Source: the human T2T-CHM13v2.0 reference genome, Homo sapiens. From it: a stretch of 64,000 nucleotides of DNA. Within the stretch, counting starts at the first letter, position 1. The number at the start of each line of letters is the position of its first letter. Below, one piece after another: positions 13,384 to 28,190 of the stretch. The translations under genes and the position numbers were made by a program. The stretch lies in NCBI RefSeq assembly GCF_009914755.1, contig NC_060948.1. One strand, written 5' to 3'. Under the pieces are notes generated by a model. It made no database searches. It saw only the letters and a list, made by a program, of their open reading frames with translations, and was not told the origin of the DNA.

Positions 13384-16300
13384 TGTGTGTGGGGGTTCTT
13401 TTTGTTTGTGAACTATATTTTCTTTTGAATCACATCTTTTTAGAACCCAGTCTTTATGTTCATTATTTTAGTTAAACTCTGTTTCAACTGCAATGCGCTT
13501 CTATATTAACTTTTGTTTTTTCATGGGGTAGCATGGGATACACTTTCCAAGCTCTGGTATATGTAAAGTTGTCTTTCCACTAATTTTCCATGAGTTTGAA
13601 AATTTAGGTGTATGAAATTTTGGGTCAGGCCATATTTTTTACCAAGAATTCTTTAGACATTGCCAAATATTCTGGAGTTTTTTTTATAGAACAGACATGT
13701 GAGGCCGATTTGACCAGTGACTTCTATTCAGGAAAATTCTTAATTTATTTTTATAAGATTTTTTAACACATTAAATTCAAAAATTTGACCAGGATAAGCT
13801 CAATGCCTCTCCCAGTTTATATAAGTGAGGTTAACACAAGACCATTGTGTACTCTGCTGTTTGTTTATGCCATTAATTTACCTTGCTGAATGATCACTAC
13901 CTGTTGACCTGCCTCCCTCCTTGCCTCCTCATAGACTCCACTTACCTCTTCAGCCACATTAATGTTGGCTTTTTAAATGTTGTATCTTTAGCATGTTGCA
14001 CAGTGCTTGATACAGCATAACTCTCAATAAATATTTGTTGAGGGGATGAGTAAGCCAGCAAATATAAACCTTTCATAAAATTCCAGAATTTGACACCATT
14101 TTTGTAAGTGAAGTTGAATGCAATCCATGGGATAGACATGTTTAAGAATGATAATTAAGAGTCTATATATTTTTAAATAAAAAATTGAAAGATGATTAAA
14201 ATATTGGTGTGAAAATTAAAAACATTATTTGATGTTATTTAATAATATTTGATAGCACATTATCAAATATTATGAATGAATTCAAGTTGCCTTATCTTTA
14301 GTGCATCTATTGACTCTTTCATGGATGTTTACTTCATTATGGTAACTTTTAGTGATTTCTGATGCTATGTTTATTCCTAGTAGGCACTGTCTTTTCTGGG
14401 AGCAACCTGCATTTTGGATGCTAGTGCACACATGCGTTTCCATTTTACCTCTGAGAGGAGGCAAAATTTATTCTCAATGCAGTAGATGCCCATCCATAAA
14501 GTAAAAGTTCTAATTGAGTTGCATGTGGGTAGGCTTGTGTTCCAGTTGCTGACAGGCCTCTCTCTCCCACACTACCCCCAAGTGACATGCAGAAGGAACG
14601 CTGCCAATGCCATTTTCCAGTAGAATAACCAGATCATGTTTCACAGTTCTGAGTTTATATGGAGGTTTTGTGCCTTTCAACTTATGAGAACCTCATCTTG
14701 CACCCTTAGTTTGGAATCAGAACCCATGATATCACCCTGCAAAGTGTAAATTTGTGTTGAAAAACAGTAAGTCCACCTTGGCTTCAGCTCTAGCTTACTG
14801 CATGGGCTTTATGATCCTGCTTCATATCCCATGTGTGATTTTTTTGAGTTCTATTAAAACTATTAATATTTAATAGTTTTCATTTACACAGCATCCTTAG
14901 GTTTTTGGAGGAGAAGTTCACTCTGCTGTGTCAAATGGACATGTTTACATTTCCAGGGTCTTCCCAAATCTGTGGGACATGGTGGTGCCTCCTGAATTCA
15001 CCATTAAATGAATAAAGCAAGTGTGAATATGCTATGAGAGTCATAATGCCGACGTTCATTCAGAGAGTAGACAATAGAACCCAAAACGTTTCAGGAAAAA
15101 TAATAAGAAATAATGGGAAAGGGGAGAGTATAAAACAGCCGACAACCCAACACTAAGGAATAATTTCTGTGACTTGCAAAAACTTCCTGAGACCAGATTT
15201 ATGTAGGAAAGTATTTTTAAAGTCACCAGAATGAACCTAGTTTTGCCATGTGATGCTTTCATTTTTTCATTTTATTAAGGTTCTATAACTCTTCACTAAA
15301 TACATGCTATAAAACTTCTGCCCAATCAAAGAAAGATGTCATCAAAAATAAATAGTTTGGAATAGTGAAAATACCATCTAATGCAAATTTCTGGTAGCAA
15401 ATTCCTTTCTGTAACACCCCTGGCTTGACAAATTTGGATCATGCCACACATGAATTTTTTTTTTTTTTTTTTTGGCAATAATGTTAGTTCTCTCCCAAAT
15501 AGAAACTTCGTGTTGACACCTTTCCAGAAGTACCCGTGCTGGCTAATTCTTTAAAAAATGTCTTTCATTGTTCAAAGAAAAGAAAACATTGAACGTATTT
15601 CTCTGTGTATTTATTTTCCATTTGATAAAAAAATTAGTTTAACCAACTAGGACATGCATTCCATTCTCTCAGCCCCTGTGGTAACAGAGCTTTTTTTTTT
15701 CATCTGCATTTGCTAAATATATTATGAATGGCAGGACAGTAGTTGCTAGGAAAGTAGATTATAAAGATAAATGTAAGAAGCATTATGTTATTTCCCCAAA
15801 GAGTTTCAAATGTGCCTTTTTGCCTCCTATATCCCATAAAAACAAGGACAACTATACCAGCTGCTCTGTACTGTCAGAAGCATGATATTTCTTCTTCTTC
15901 TAGCACCAGCCACCACTCCCAAAGGAAAGAAAGTCTCCCAAGCCTGAAGTAAACAGGTGGAGCTTTCACCAGTGCTACAGATAAAACAATAGGACCTGAT
16001 AACTCTCTGCTGACAGTGTTTTTCCATTAAAAAAAATAAATAAAGTATAAAAGACATGAAATTCAGACATTAAAAACAGTTCTTTGGATATTAAAAATTG
16101 TAGTTTTCTGATATTTTTTAACAGTTATATCTGTTTCTTTGGCAATGTTTCACTCAGCAGGAGTGAAAACAAAGAGACTTAACTCCTTACAAGACTGAAT
16201 AATACATGGATTACTCGCTTCCATTAATATGAACACTTTCTTTTGTGTTATTGCATTTTTGTACAATGTAATAACACAAAGGGAACTAGTGTTATTGCAT

Positions 16301-16964
16301 TGTACAAAATGCACTGTACAAAATACATTGTACAAAATTGTGTTATTGCATTGTACACAATTTACAATGTGTTAGTTTATGTTAAAATCAGAAACACCAT
16401 TCAAGTGCCATAAAAATGTGAGATGTAAATTATTCTTTATTTTGTAGGCTTTATTATATTCTATCAAATGGTGAGATTAGACATTTTCTTTCTCTTAATA
16501 AAAACATAAGATTACACTTTCAAAAAAGCCTGAGAAGTGCTACCCTGAGGATCTTGATTTCAACGTTCTTGAATACTGGCCACAAAGTAGTAAGTTACTG
16601 TTTGATACTGGAAAAAAACATCCCAACACAACTCCCACTAAGATAGGGAAGTATATCATTCCAAGCTTGACAAATTACAATATGATGATTGCCTAAAGGG
16701 AATTCCAAATCTTATGGCAATGTTTTCTCCCTTCACACATGCTCACTTTAACACTTTGTTGAATTCCCATCATGAACTCACACATGCACACACATCCCAC
16801 CCCATCACGTTCTGCAGTGGAAACACTGCTGGCTCTGTCCTGGTGAAGGGCAGAGAAATCAAAATCTATTGAGTCCCCATCAATAAGCTCATAGGCTGGT
16901 ACCTCTAGACTCCTCTGAAACAGTCAGAAGAAGCTTCAGAAAAGTTTCCAAAAAAAAAAAATCT

Positions 16965-17345
16965 AGATTCATAATTTAGCCTTGATACTTAGGAGAGTTG
17001 GTGCTGGTATTTATTTATTTTTTAACCTTTGTTTCATTGTTTGTAAAATGACTAAAATAACCTGTGTCATTTCTTACCCAATGATTTTTATCATAAGCAG
17101 GTGAGATAACATATGTAGAAATCTGGAAATTGTTTATAAAATTTAATATTCCTATATTTGGAAGGTTTATATTTGGTATATTTAGCAAATGTGCATGCCT
17201 TTCTATGTGCCAATCTTCTAAGTGGCCTAAGTTTGTAACTCATTTAATCATCCCAATATGTGTATGAAGTATAAATGATTATCAGCCCCATTTGATATAC
17301 CAGTAAACTGAGACACTGAGAGACAAAGTAATTCACTGATGCTAT
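16965..17345. mobile_element. Two MIR remnants in opposite orientation
   Basis: TGTTTCATTGTTTGTAAAATG (plus) and ATTATCAGCCCCATTTG...GTAAACTGAGACACTGAGA (minus). Confidence 0.55.
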
Positions 17346-18249
17346 TAATACCTACACTATACCAGTGTTTTATGGATGTCACTGACTGAACTCATGCCAT
17401 GCATATACTATCCCATGCTTAGGCTGTAAGACCAGTAGACTGGTATATAAGTTGGTTTAACTATACAATATTAAAGAGATTCCACATAGAATCCCTCAAA
17501 ATACAGTGCGAGGCAGTCCTAGGACAAAGTTAGAAGAGAGAAATCAAAATATCTAAATTTTCTAAATGGAAACAACGGACTTTGGCCATGGAGGAACAAA
17601 GAATAATGATAGTGACCTGCTCCTGAACAGCCCTTAACTGCATAAGGCTGGGCCCTTCGACTGTCCTTTGTTCGTATCATTATCATAGTACTTTGTAAGC
17701 AATAGCAGAAATTTAAAATGTGGCAATGAAGTATTTGAGATATGATTCATCCTATTGGTGAGAGTAAGATGATGAAATGAAAATGTTATTAAATTAAAAT
17801 GAGCAGGGGAAAGATGGGAATACAAAGAAGTAAGTATCAGCAAATTGCTCAGATAATGCAGAAAGAGCTAAAAGAATGTATCAGAGTAATTCTACCCATA
17901 ATGTACTATTTGACTAGAACACCACATCCTTAAGAGCTAACCTTAAGTAGGCATGGCACCAACACTACTTTTATGCGCAAAGCAGAAATTTAGATGCATT
18001 TATAGAGTGTGTTATGGCATATATACTACTTCCCTTCAGCTACTCGATCACTCTGTTTTTTATGACTACTTTTTTAGAGATTTTAATATTGCTTCCTAGT
18101 TACCAATTACCTAATCACATAACATTAATTTCTAGCATGCACTTTAACTGCCAGAAGGAGAGATGACTGTGGTAATGGGGCAAAGCTAGTTTATTTGTGA
18201 TCTCAGAAGGAGAGATGACTTTGGTAAGATGGCATAGCTAGTTTATTTG

Positions 18250-18660
18250 TGATCTATCACTGAGTAACAAATTTTAGCAAAACTTAGTGGCTTAAAGAAA
18301 CACCGTTAGTTATTTCACAGTTTCTGTGGGTCTGGAAACTGGGCATGGTTATCAGGGTATGTCTGGCCCAAGGCTTCTCACAAAATTGCAATCAAGGTGT
18401 TAGCCAGGATTTCAGTCATTGTAAAACACGTGGGGAAGATGTGCTTCCAAGCTTGTTCACGTGGCTGTTGGCAGGATTTAGTTCTTCATGGGCTGTTGGG
18501 CTAAGGACCTCAGTTCCTAACTGGCTATTAGCTAAAGGCTGTCTCTGCTGTACTGACACATGAGTGTGCTCATAATGCAGCTCGAACATGACAGCCAGCT
18601 GTCCAGGAAAGAGCTTGGATAGGGGATGGGTAAGGTGTTCCACATGTGGGCTTCCACAGG
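18250..18660 (-). mobile_element. MaLR LTR (MLT1 family)
   Basis: GTAACAAATT...CAAAACTTAGTGGCTTAAA...CACAGTTTCTGTGGGTC...GCTTCCAAGC...GTGGCTGTTGGCAGG. Confidence 0.8.
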
Positions 18661-18712
18661 TGAGATGTATAGGCAAGGTACTTTAAAATATTAGTAAAAT
18701 AAATGGTTAAGG

Positions 18713-19012
18713 GGACCATGCATGCTGGCTTGTTCCTATAATTCTAGCACTTTGAGAGATCAAGGCAGGAAGATCGCTTGAGGCCAGGAGTCTGAGAGTA
18801 GCCTGGGCAACATAGCAAGACCCATCTCTACAATAAATACATAAATAAACATTTCACTTGGCATGGTAGTGTCCATCTGTTGTTCCAGCCACTTGGGAGG
18901 CTGAGATGGGAGGACCACTTGAGCCCAGGATTTCAGGACTGCAGGGAGCTATAATCACGCCACTGTGCTCCAGCCTGGGCAACAGAGTGAGGCCCTATAT
19001 CAGGAAACAAAA
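18713..19012 (+). mobile_element. Alu (AluJ)
   Basis: GATCGCTTGAGGCCAGGAG...CTGGGCAACATAGCAAGACCC...CTTGAGCCCAGGA. Confidence 0.9.
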
Positions 19013-20129
19013 TAGTGAAGAGAAAACAGTGAAAGATGATGGCTGAACTAAAGTGTAAGAGAAGGTCTTTGGAAACTAGGAATTTCAGGAACTGGTATGA
19101 TTTGGTGGGCCTTTGTGTGAATGTTAAACTCACTGTAATCATTGACAGGAATTGGAATGGACAGGAAGATTGTGAGAATAAAGGGAGTGGGTCATAAATT
19201 TAGGAAAGTGTACTTGATATGATATTAGAAAGGGAGGAAGAAGAATCTGTGACCTCACTCAGGCCTTGCAGTATATGGAGTGTGAGGGAATAAGTGGCCT
19301 CTCCTTGGGTGGGCTGCAAGAGAAGTAGTGACTTCTATGGAGAACCTGTGTTACTTCAGGCACAAAGGTTGAAGGTTATTAATTGAGGTTGTTGTGTATA
19401 CAGAGGAGTTTCTTTATCATAAAGTATTAACTCTCGAATTGCCCAAACTCCCTTTCAAGCTGGCCTACTTGATAAGATGTTATAGTAAATCTTCTTCCTT
19501 CTGTATGTTGCTTTTCCTGTATCTCATATACCCCACTAAAGTACTCCATGCATGCTCTTTTATTTCAGGCTTGTTTTCTGGGGAACTCAAGCTAGGACAA
19601 AGGGAAAGGGAAATGTAATACTGTCTATTCAAAGGGGTTTATGTGTGCACATGTATCATATACATGATGTATACCAGTGAATGCTAGCAAATTATAATCA
19701 AACAAAACACTAAGATATGAATTATCCTATTTCTAGTAATTATCGTCATTATCATCACCGTCATAATTGTCACTCTCTTAAATTCACTGCAGGGTAACAA
19801 GCCATATGATTTAATCTGGGATGCTTACAGGAGGAGGCCCAGGCCAGACTGCAGGAGAGAAGGAGGATGTTTTTCTTCACCCAATTCATTAAGGATGTTT
19901 TTCTTCACCCAATTCACTGATTTCATTAAGAAGACTAAATGTGTTTTTCCCTTTAAATTTACGTATTCTGTTCAGAATCCCTGAGATTACTAGAAGTTTT
20001 AGAAGGTAAAGCAACAACTTCTATACAAAAAGTTGGAAATTACGTGTCTTTACTAGTAATGAGAAAATGTTGAAAAAGACAACAATGAGTAGATAATTTA
20101 TAATCAGGGGAAAATTATAATTCTGAGAA

Positions 20130-20592
20130 TGTATTAGGTTCCTAGAGCTGCCATAAAAATATTACCACATTTTGAATGGCTTTTAAAAACATAATTTTTT
20201 TTCTGCATTCTGGAAGCTAAAAGTCTGAAGTTAACATGTTGCCAGACCTCTCAGATTTCTAGAGGAGAATTCGTCCTTTCCCTTCCCATCTTCTGGTTGT
20301 TGCCAGCAATCCTTGGCCTTCATCAGTTTGTAGCTATATCACTTCAGCACCTACCTCTGTCTTCACATGGCTGTTTTCCCTCTGTGTGTGTCTCTGTGTC
20401 TCTAAATCTCTCTTTCTTTATAACGATACAAGACATTGAATTTAGGGCATACCCCAATCTAGTGTGACCTTACCTTAACTTGTTTATATTTGAAAAGCTT
20501 ATATTTCCAAATAAGGTTACAGTGACATGTCCCCAGGGTTAACATTTCAACAGTTTATTTATTTATTTATTTAGAAAATTCAACCAACTACA
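20130..20592 (-). mobile_element. MaLR LTR (MLT1B/C-like)
   Basis: TGTATTAGGTTCCTAGAGCTGCCATA...TTCTGGAAGCTAAAAGTCTGAA...ATTTCCAAATAAGGT...ATTCAACC. Confidence 0.8.
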
Positions 20593-22251
20593 GGGTTATT
20601 ACCAAATAATAATTGGAATGTTGACACTAATTCCTACAAACCAAAGCTTCTACTAAAATAAATAAATAAAGATGAGGTAGCAAAGTAACAAATGTATTAC
20701 TCACGTAAACCACCAAATCTCACGACCTGGCTGGAAGCAGTCATGAGATTTGGCAGTTTACCTAAGTCAATGATGCCAAAGAAATTATCTTCCTAATCAC
20801 AATTAAGATAGTTCTCAGATTAGGCATATCCTTAGTCCTGCTGATGTGGTAGCTTTGCTTTGCTGTTCACAATTCTGGAGTTGAAAACTCCTTAGGGGCC
20901 TCATCCATTAAGAAAAACACAAATAAAAGGGGCAGACATCAGAGTTGTTTTCATACTTCAAATGACTGGATTCTGAGCTTCCCCGTTCTCTCAAGGTTCT
21001 CAGAGGTGGAGGGCTTAGCATCCAAACAATGTGAAAACGCATACTGTGAAACACTAAGCTTCTGTCTTACCAGAAACACCACTGGGAAGAAAAACAAAGG
21101 ATTTTCTCTATATTGACAAGTAACTTTGCTACAAAGGATATGTGAAAGCAAAGAGATTTCACTCCACTCTCACAGCCTTCAGCACTGCAAATATGTGCTG
21201 TCATGCAGACCAGCTCTCAGTTCTAAAATGTAGGACCCTCTAGGAGACTGGCTATCTACAGAAAGTACAAAAGTTGAGAGTCTTTTTACATGACCTCTTT
21301 AAACACACATTAATTTTGTTGTTGATGTTTGTTTCTTAAGGCCAACATGTTTTATTAATTGTACACCAATCTGTGCAATAATTTTCAAGGAAATATGAAT
21401 ATGGAGTTCACTTAGTGTAATATTTATGTTACACCCTCAAAAAATTCCAAATTGCAGATGTTTTACATCTTAAATCTCTTTATCGCCTTTGGTAATGGTT
21501 TTTCTAATATATATAATATTTTATTGTTGTTAAAAAAATTCAGCCTGATTAATTTTAGGATCAATAATTTATTATTAGAATATGAATCATTTATATAAAT
21601 ATATGACACAATCCTGTTGTATTTTTCTTTACCCCATTCTATGGACTCACTGTATTCTCTTCATTTGCATTACTGCAGTCTTCCTCTAAAACCAAGTAAG
21701 TTTACAAACAGATAAAAAATTGTTTGTTGTGTTTATTTCCTCACAGGTGTTTTTAGCTCCATTCTTTCATCATTAGTTCATTTTGTCAACAAGGATTGTC
21801 ACAAACTATGTAATTGTCACATTGAACTTTATGCCATTTTTCAACTGACGCCCCATATTCTAAACACAAACCTGAAATTCATATTTGCTTTAAAACCTGC
21901 TACTGGTCCCACAATACTCACCATTATTGAATTAGTTATCAATACTTTTGGTTTATGCATGTTTACCTTCCATTACACCTACTTGTTTTCAAAGGTCCTG
22001 TTCAGAACATATTTCTCAAATAACTTCCAAACCTAAAAATGAAAGTTCCTTCAAAATAATTTCTCCGTTTACAGCTTTGCCTTTTCTATATGACCTTCAG
22101 TTTATTTATCTATAAAATAAGTGATTAGATCATTACTATTCGAGTATACTACATCCTTTGCAGCCTTTTAAACTTGACAAAAGTCCTATATGCTAAGTGC
22201 TACTATAAATTAATATTACAAAAACTCAGTAAGAAATTACATTTGATATAA

Positions 22252-22588
<337 letters not shown>

Positions 22589-23724
22589 TTAATCATATTT
22601 GATAATGTTACTCGAGTATTTCAAGTAAAAAGATAATGTAAAGATAAACTTAATAGGTAAGAATACATAATTTTCCAAAAAATACATTTGAAGTCCTTTG
22701 CTTACACCATTTGACTTCATATGTTCCTGGCCTGCAACTAAGGATACAGTATTCAATTTGAATTTGTGTTAAGTCAGTAATTTTTGTTAGTTGTAATTGA
22801 TGAGTGATAGGTAATTTTATTTTTAGAGCCAAATGGAAAAATAGCATCAGATTAGACAGAATCCAGGCCAAAAAAAAAAAAAAAAAAAAAAAAACAGAGG
22901 TTGTAATCTGTAAAAGAAGAAAATCTACAAAATGTGTTTTCTCTTTTCCTTCTATTTCCTTCTATTGCTATGTGAACAAAGGGAATCAGGGATCTCAGAG
23001 CAGAGGAGCAAAGGGGAAAGGCCCAGATATTTAGGTTGATGAGAATATGAGTAATGCTAAAAACACAATGAATAAATAAACATGGAAAACATCCATTATT
23101 AGCCTAGTGGTTGCAATAAATACTTTAAGTAATCATAATGCAGAAACTTTTTCAGCAACTGTACTACATACAATATATTGTATTTTATAATAATCTGAAA
23201 CAAGAGAGTCAGTCCAAAAGTGACTCTAGTGTCAGTTTTGGAATTAATAGTGATAAATAACCAATCCATGTGTAAGTATATGAATTAGGTCTGATTAAAG
23301 CTAAAAGAGGAGAAAAAGTGAGGGAAAATATTCAGTTCTCCTTATTTACTAAGGAGAGATCTTGCTAAATAAGATTTATCTGCTTAACTTGTAACATTGC
23401 TTAAATTCAATTATTTAATTAATATACTACTTTTTTAAATAAGAAAGATGAGGTAATTAATATGTTGTGTCTCAGATACATCACTAACCCTTAATTTTTG
23501 CTATTCACATAGTGATGGTGACCACTGACAATAGTAAACAAATTTATTAATTCATTAAGTCAATCATATTGAATCAACAAAAATGTATTGTTTATCTAAA
23601 TGTTGTCAGAGTTGAATCTTGAAGCATAAATAAACAATACTTATTTATTAACATGCATGGCATTCTGCTGATCATTATGACCATATCTGCCTATGTGACA
23701 GCTTATAATTTTCCACACTCATGG

Positions 23725-24140
23725 TATTATGGGATAATTACCCAAGCCCCTACCCATTCACGTTAAAGTCCTAACACCGTTACATCAGAATGTTACTGTA
23801 TTTGAAGATAAGGACTTTAAAAAGGTAATTATGTTAAACTAAAGCTGTTGGATATGGTCTTATTCCAATCTCACTGGTGTCCTTGTAAGAAGAGGACATT
23901 TTGACACACAAGGGTACAGCAAGAATGCAAGAGCACGGAAATAAGACCACGTAAACAAACAAAGGGTGGGCCACCACCTGCAAGCCAAGGACAAAGGTAT
24001 CAGAAAAAATCAAAGCTGATGACAACTTGACTTGGACTACCAGCCTCCAGAACTAGGAGACAATAAATTTCTGGGTTTTTTTGATAATGTTACCAAGTGT
24101 CACCAAGTGTGTGATGTTTTGCTATGGCACTAAACTGCAT
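23725..24140 (+). mobile_element. MaLR LTR (MLT1B-like)
   Basis: CAGAATGTTACTGTATTTGAAGATAAGG...CTGGTGTCCTTGTAAGAAGAGG...CCAGCCTCCAGAACT...AATAAATTTCTG. Confidence 0.8.
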
Positions 24141-24924
24141 AGGTCAAGGGCTGAAACAATATAAAGGAGTTTCTTCAAAAATCTTTCCATTTACAACATT
24201 ATATTGCTGGGGTTTTTAGCTCCAGGGAATGACTGAATGAGTTTTTCTTTCAGATCTTTGGTGACCCATTATACGATAATAATATGCTACCAAGGAAGGC
24301 ACTTGCACTGGCTTTCCTCTACTCTGCCTTCTGGACTTCAGTTTTGTTTTCACCAGATTGATTTTCCAGCCACTACATAGGACCTCTCTGGTCAGCCAAA
24401 GCAGTGGGCATCATAGCTGAGAACTAAGGTTGCTGAACTTCATTCAGACCATCTCAGTGAGCTAGCCATCCACCAGCTGCTATGGGCTGTCCAGGGCCAG
24501 GAAAAAACTGAGCTGAGGTCCTGACAGTGAGACCTCCTGTAGTTTTCACAGCAGGCACCTTACTCTCTTCACTTGAGTTCCAGCCCTGCTGATGCCACAG
24601 CCCTCCCAAGTATTTCCTGACATTCCTTCAGAGCTTTTATAGTTTTGTGGGAAGGACACAGGAGATAGTTACAGGAGATTAGAAAAATATGTTAGCTTTG
24701 AAAATAAGTACTAAATGAATGATCGAAGTGAATTCTTCATGAGTTCAGGACATAGATTGCTTTGCCTCAATGCTATAAATAGAGCTTCAGAGAGAATGGG
24801 AAGCTTGGATGATGTATAAAATTTTCACAATGACTGGAAGCTGTTATCTTCAAATCAAACAATTTAAAAAGACAGAAAATAAGTATTATATATAATTTAG
24901 AAGCTTCAGAGAAAACATGAGTGA

Positions 24925-25340
24925 GAAGTCTGGCTATGCCAGTTACCAACTGTGTAGCATGGAGCAAATTACAAACTCTCTCAACTTCTATTTCCTCATG
25001 TGGTTGTTTAGATGATTAGAAATAACCTGTATAAAATGACTTACTTTTTGCCAGGCAAATGGCCTGAACTCACTAAATGGTTGTACACTTGTTAACATTG
25101 TTTAATGATTAATGCCAGTCTAACCATGATCATCTCAGCCATCCTTATTTTATCACTCCTATGAGTGAAGGATGTCAGAAATCAAAATAGACCTCAGCAA
25201 TGATTTAGTCCAGTCTGCTCATTTTCTGGAGAAAATGAATGCCCAGAGAAATTAAAGGACTTGGCCTAGGATACAGAGCCAGTTGGCAGCAGAGACAGCA
25301 TCAGCCACAAAACATACACTTTTTTTACTCTGGATCAGAA
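24925..25340. mobile_element. MIR remnants
   Basis: CTGGCTATGCCAGTTACCAACTGTGT...TTTCCTCAT; CCCAGAGAAATTAAAGGACTTGGCCTAGGATACAGAGCCAGTTGGCAGCAGAG. Confidence 0.55.
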
Positions 25341-26361
25341 TACTTTTCATTTTAGATTCCTTTACTGAAAGCGGTACACATATCTTAAGTATGTATTTTT
25401 AAAACCGTACGAATTACATATGAAATGTGAATGAACTGAAGTAGATGGAAAGACATTAAATCTAAGTGTTGTGGTAGTGCTACAAATTTACACATAGAAC
25501 ACCTGTGATGTAGCAGTACTTGAAAGTTTTTGGGTGTGATTTATCAACCTAATCTTCCTCACAAGCCCTGACCCTGACAAATTTATGGTGGAGGTTTGAA
25601 GTGGCTAATGAATAGTATCTAACATTATTGTTTGTTTGTTTGCTTTTCAGAAAAGAGCTTTGTTTTACACAGTGCCACTTATGAGTTGCAAAGTAGCAAG
25701 TGAGAATGTAGGGAGGGGCACAAGTGGAACACTTACCCTTGCAAAAGTGGAAAAGAGTTGGAAGACTCTTGATGTGACCTTTGGGCCCCTGGTTTCACCC
25801 AGATCTTCGCTGTAGGATTTCTGGTTCATTTCTGAGACTCTCATGCTCTGTAATGAGTGACAGCATAAATTTGTGACTTGTATTGGATACTTCAGGAGTT
25901 AACTGTGATCTTATTTTCAAAAATTTGAATATAAATAAATACATACATATATTAATAAATAAACCCTCTATTAGATGCCCAACTAGGCTGTTTATATGGT
26001 GGCTTCAGCACCATGACTACCTTACCTCTTGTCAGGGTAGCCCTGGGAATGCCTCCCAGCACTGCGCTGAGTTCACTTCAGTCTTTTCCAGGAGAAACGT
26101 GGGCACGTCAGAGTCCTATCCTTGCCCCCATATATAAGAGCATCTCTGAACCTTCTCTCAGCATTCTCTCTCTGCTTAACAATGCCATGTCTTCATTTTA
26201 CATTTTCTGTGCCATGGGTGACCTCTGTTGCCACAAACACCACATGCTGAAGTTCTTTTTCAGAGATCAAATCACAGGTGGGCAAATTTCCTTTAACTCC
26301 ACGCCTCTGACTCTGGGATTTCAGAAGAGTGGGAAAAACCTATGCTCTTTGTGTTTTACTA

Positions 26362-26658
26362 TATTTTTTCCTTTCTTTTTGTGTGTTTTGCTCTTGTTGC
26401 CCAGGCTGGAGTACAATGGGGCCATCTCGGCTCAACACAACCTCTGCTTCCTGGGTTCAAGCGATTCTCCTGCCTCAGTCTCTGGAGTTATCTAGGATTA
26501 CAGACATGCACGACAACACCCGGCTAATTTTGTATTTTTAGTAGAGATGCGGTTTCTCCATGTTGGACATCTGGTCTCAAACTCCCGACCTCAGGTGCTC
26601 CACCCGCCTCACCCTGGAAATGTGCTGGGATTACAGGCATGAGCCACTGCACCTGGCC
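26362..26658 (-). mobile_element. Alu (AluSp/Sq-like)
   Basis: GCTCTTGTTGCCCAGGCTGGAGTACAATGG; ACTCCCGACCTCAGGTG. Confidence 0.9.
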
Positions 26659-26999
26659 TACTTTCTGCTTTCTTCTCCGCCATGGTTTCCTTCTTCCCAG
26701 ACCTCACATGTCCATAAAAATTTTCATTACATTTCTTCTCTGTCTATCCAAAATTCCTCTTCAGTTATTATTATTTGTGCCTTCTCTGCACTTTGGCTAA
26801 TGTTAACTATCTATAATTTGTGTCAGATAGGCTAGGATCTTCATATTACAATCTCAGGCTTCTATAAACTAGTGTTTAATTAGGGCAAATAATATATTGG
26901 TTTACTAGTCCACAAATTTATTTTCTCATACAATACTCACTTTCATGTAGACCTAAATGGGACTATGTGAAAAATTTCTTGAAACTATTCAAAAATGTT

Positions 27000-27530
27000 T
27001 CTTTTTCACTTAGAATAAAATACAAACTTTCTACCCAAACTTGAAGGGTCTGGCTTCCCCTCCTCCTGTATCTTCCGTTGTCACTTCAACCCCTTTCCCC
27101 CAGGTTCATTGTACCCTCAAACACCTATTAAATCAACTCTCCTCCCTTTAGGGTCTTTTTTCTCCTTCTATTTTTCTGAATCTTTGCACACTCAGTTTCT
27201 TCTCATCCTTTAGGTCTAGGCTGTAGAGTCACCCCCAAAGAGGAATTTCCTAAGCTTCTTGTTGAAAGACTTTGGCAATGAACTTCCACTCTCTCAAGCA
27301 AATTATTTTTCACACAGCACCACCATGATTATATTTCTCACAGTGCTTAAGACAATCTGAAATGATTTTGTTCATTAATCTGTTTGTTCATAATTTTCTG
27401 ATAGTATAGAAAATACAGGGATCAAAGGTTATTCTTACATTGTTCACCATTCTATGCATAGAACTATGAAGATATAGCGCCTGAATAACTGGTGCTTAAT
27501 AAATAACTAGAGACTAAATAGTCTAATGAA
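27000..27530 (+). mobile_element. L2 3' remnant
   Basis: CACTTAGAATAAAATACAAACT...GGTGCTTAATAAATA...AATGAATG. Confidence 0.5.
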
Positions 27531-27627
27531 TGGAAATATGTGAATCTACTAGGAGTTTTCATGACATGTACATTTCTTTATGTCCCTAAATTATTTATAC
27601 TTTTGAGAATGCTGTGAAGACCAAAAT

Positions 27628-28190
27628 TGTAAGAACTAAAGAAGGAGGAAAGAAACACAAAGGGTGGCTTGAGTGTCAACAAGGAGAGATTTATTTTAGA
27701 AAATAAACCTGACGGGGATTTCTTGCCAAGTTGAGTCAGAGCCACACTCTCTTACAGATTAAGACTTTTCAAGGATTCAGGACAGGACAGTTTATTACAG
27801 GCTTGGACTGCTTATATGTCTCTTTGTTGTGCTTATCTGGGAGGGAAAGTTGTGTGTCTGTTGCCATACATCTTCCTGAAGCTGCAGGCATACCCCCGAG
27901 ACTGCTTTTAGCTTTCCTATCTTAGTGCACCTGAAGGGAAAGCAATGTGCTTATTAAGGCCTACTGTTTTACTGGTGCCCACTGTATGATGGTGAAGATT
28001 GGCAGTTACCCAAGAGACTTTCCTCCACCTCCCTCTGTGCCCCAGCTGTCTTATCTGTGTTTACCTGTCTGCTTTTTCTGGCTGCTTGTTGTTAGAAGAC
28101 AGGTGATTTCTTTGAAGTGCATGAGGTTAGAAAGGAAGCTGGATCTTCAATTGGTGTTTTGTCCAAGATGATGGTGCCCTTGCTCTGTCA
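27628..28190 (-). mobile_element. ERV1 LTR (MER61/LTR15-like), 3' LTR of a truncated provirus
   Basis: Minus strand reads TGACAGAGCAAGG...TTCTTACA (TG...CA); preceded by purine tract AAAGGATGTGGAA; same family as 48698-49260. Confidence 0.85.

Noticed and set aside
26013-26495. 160-aa ATG-initiated ORF
   Set aside because: No recognisable domain; the C-terminus is antisense Alu translation.
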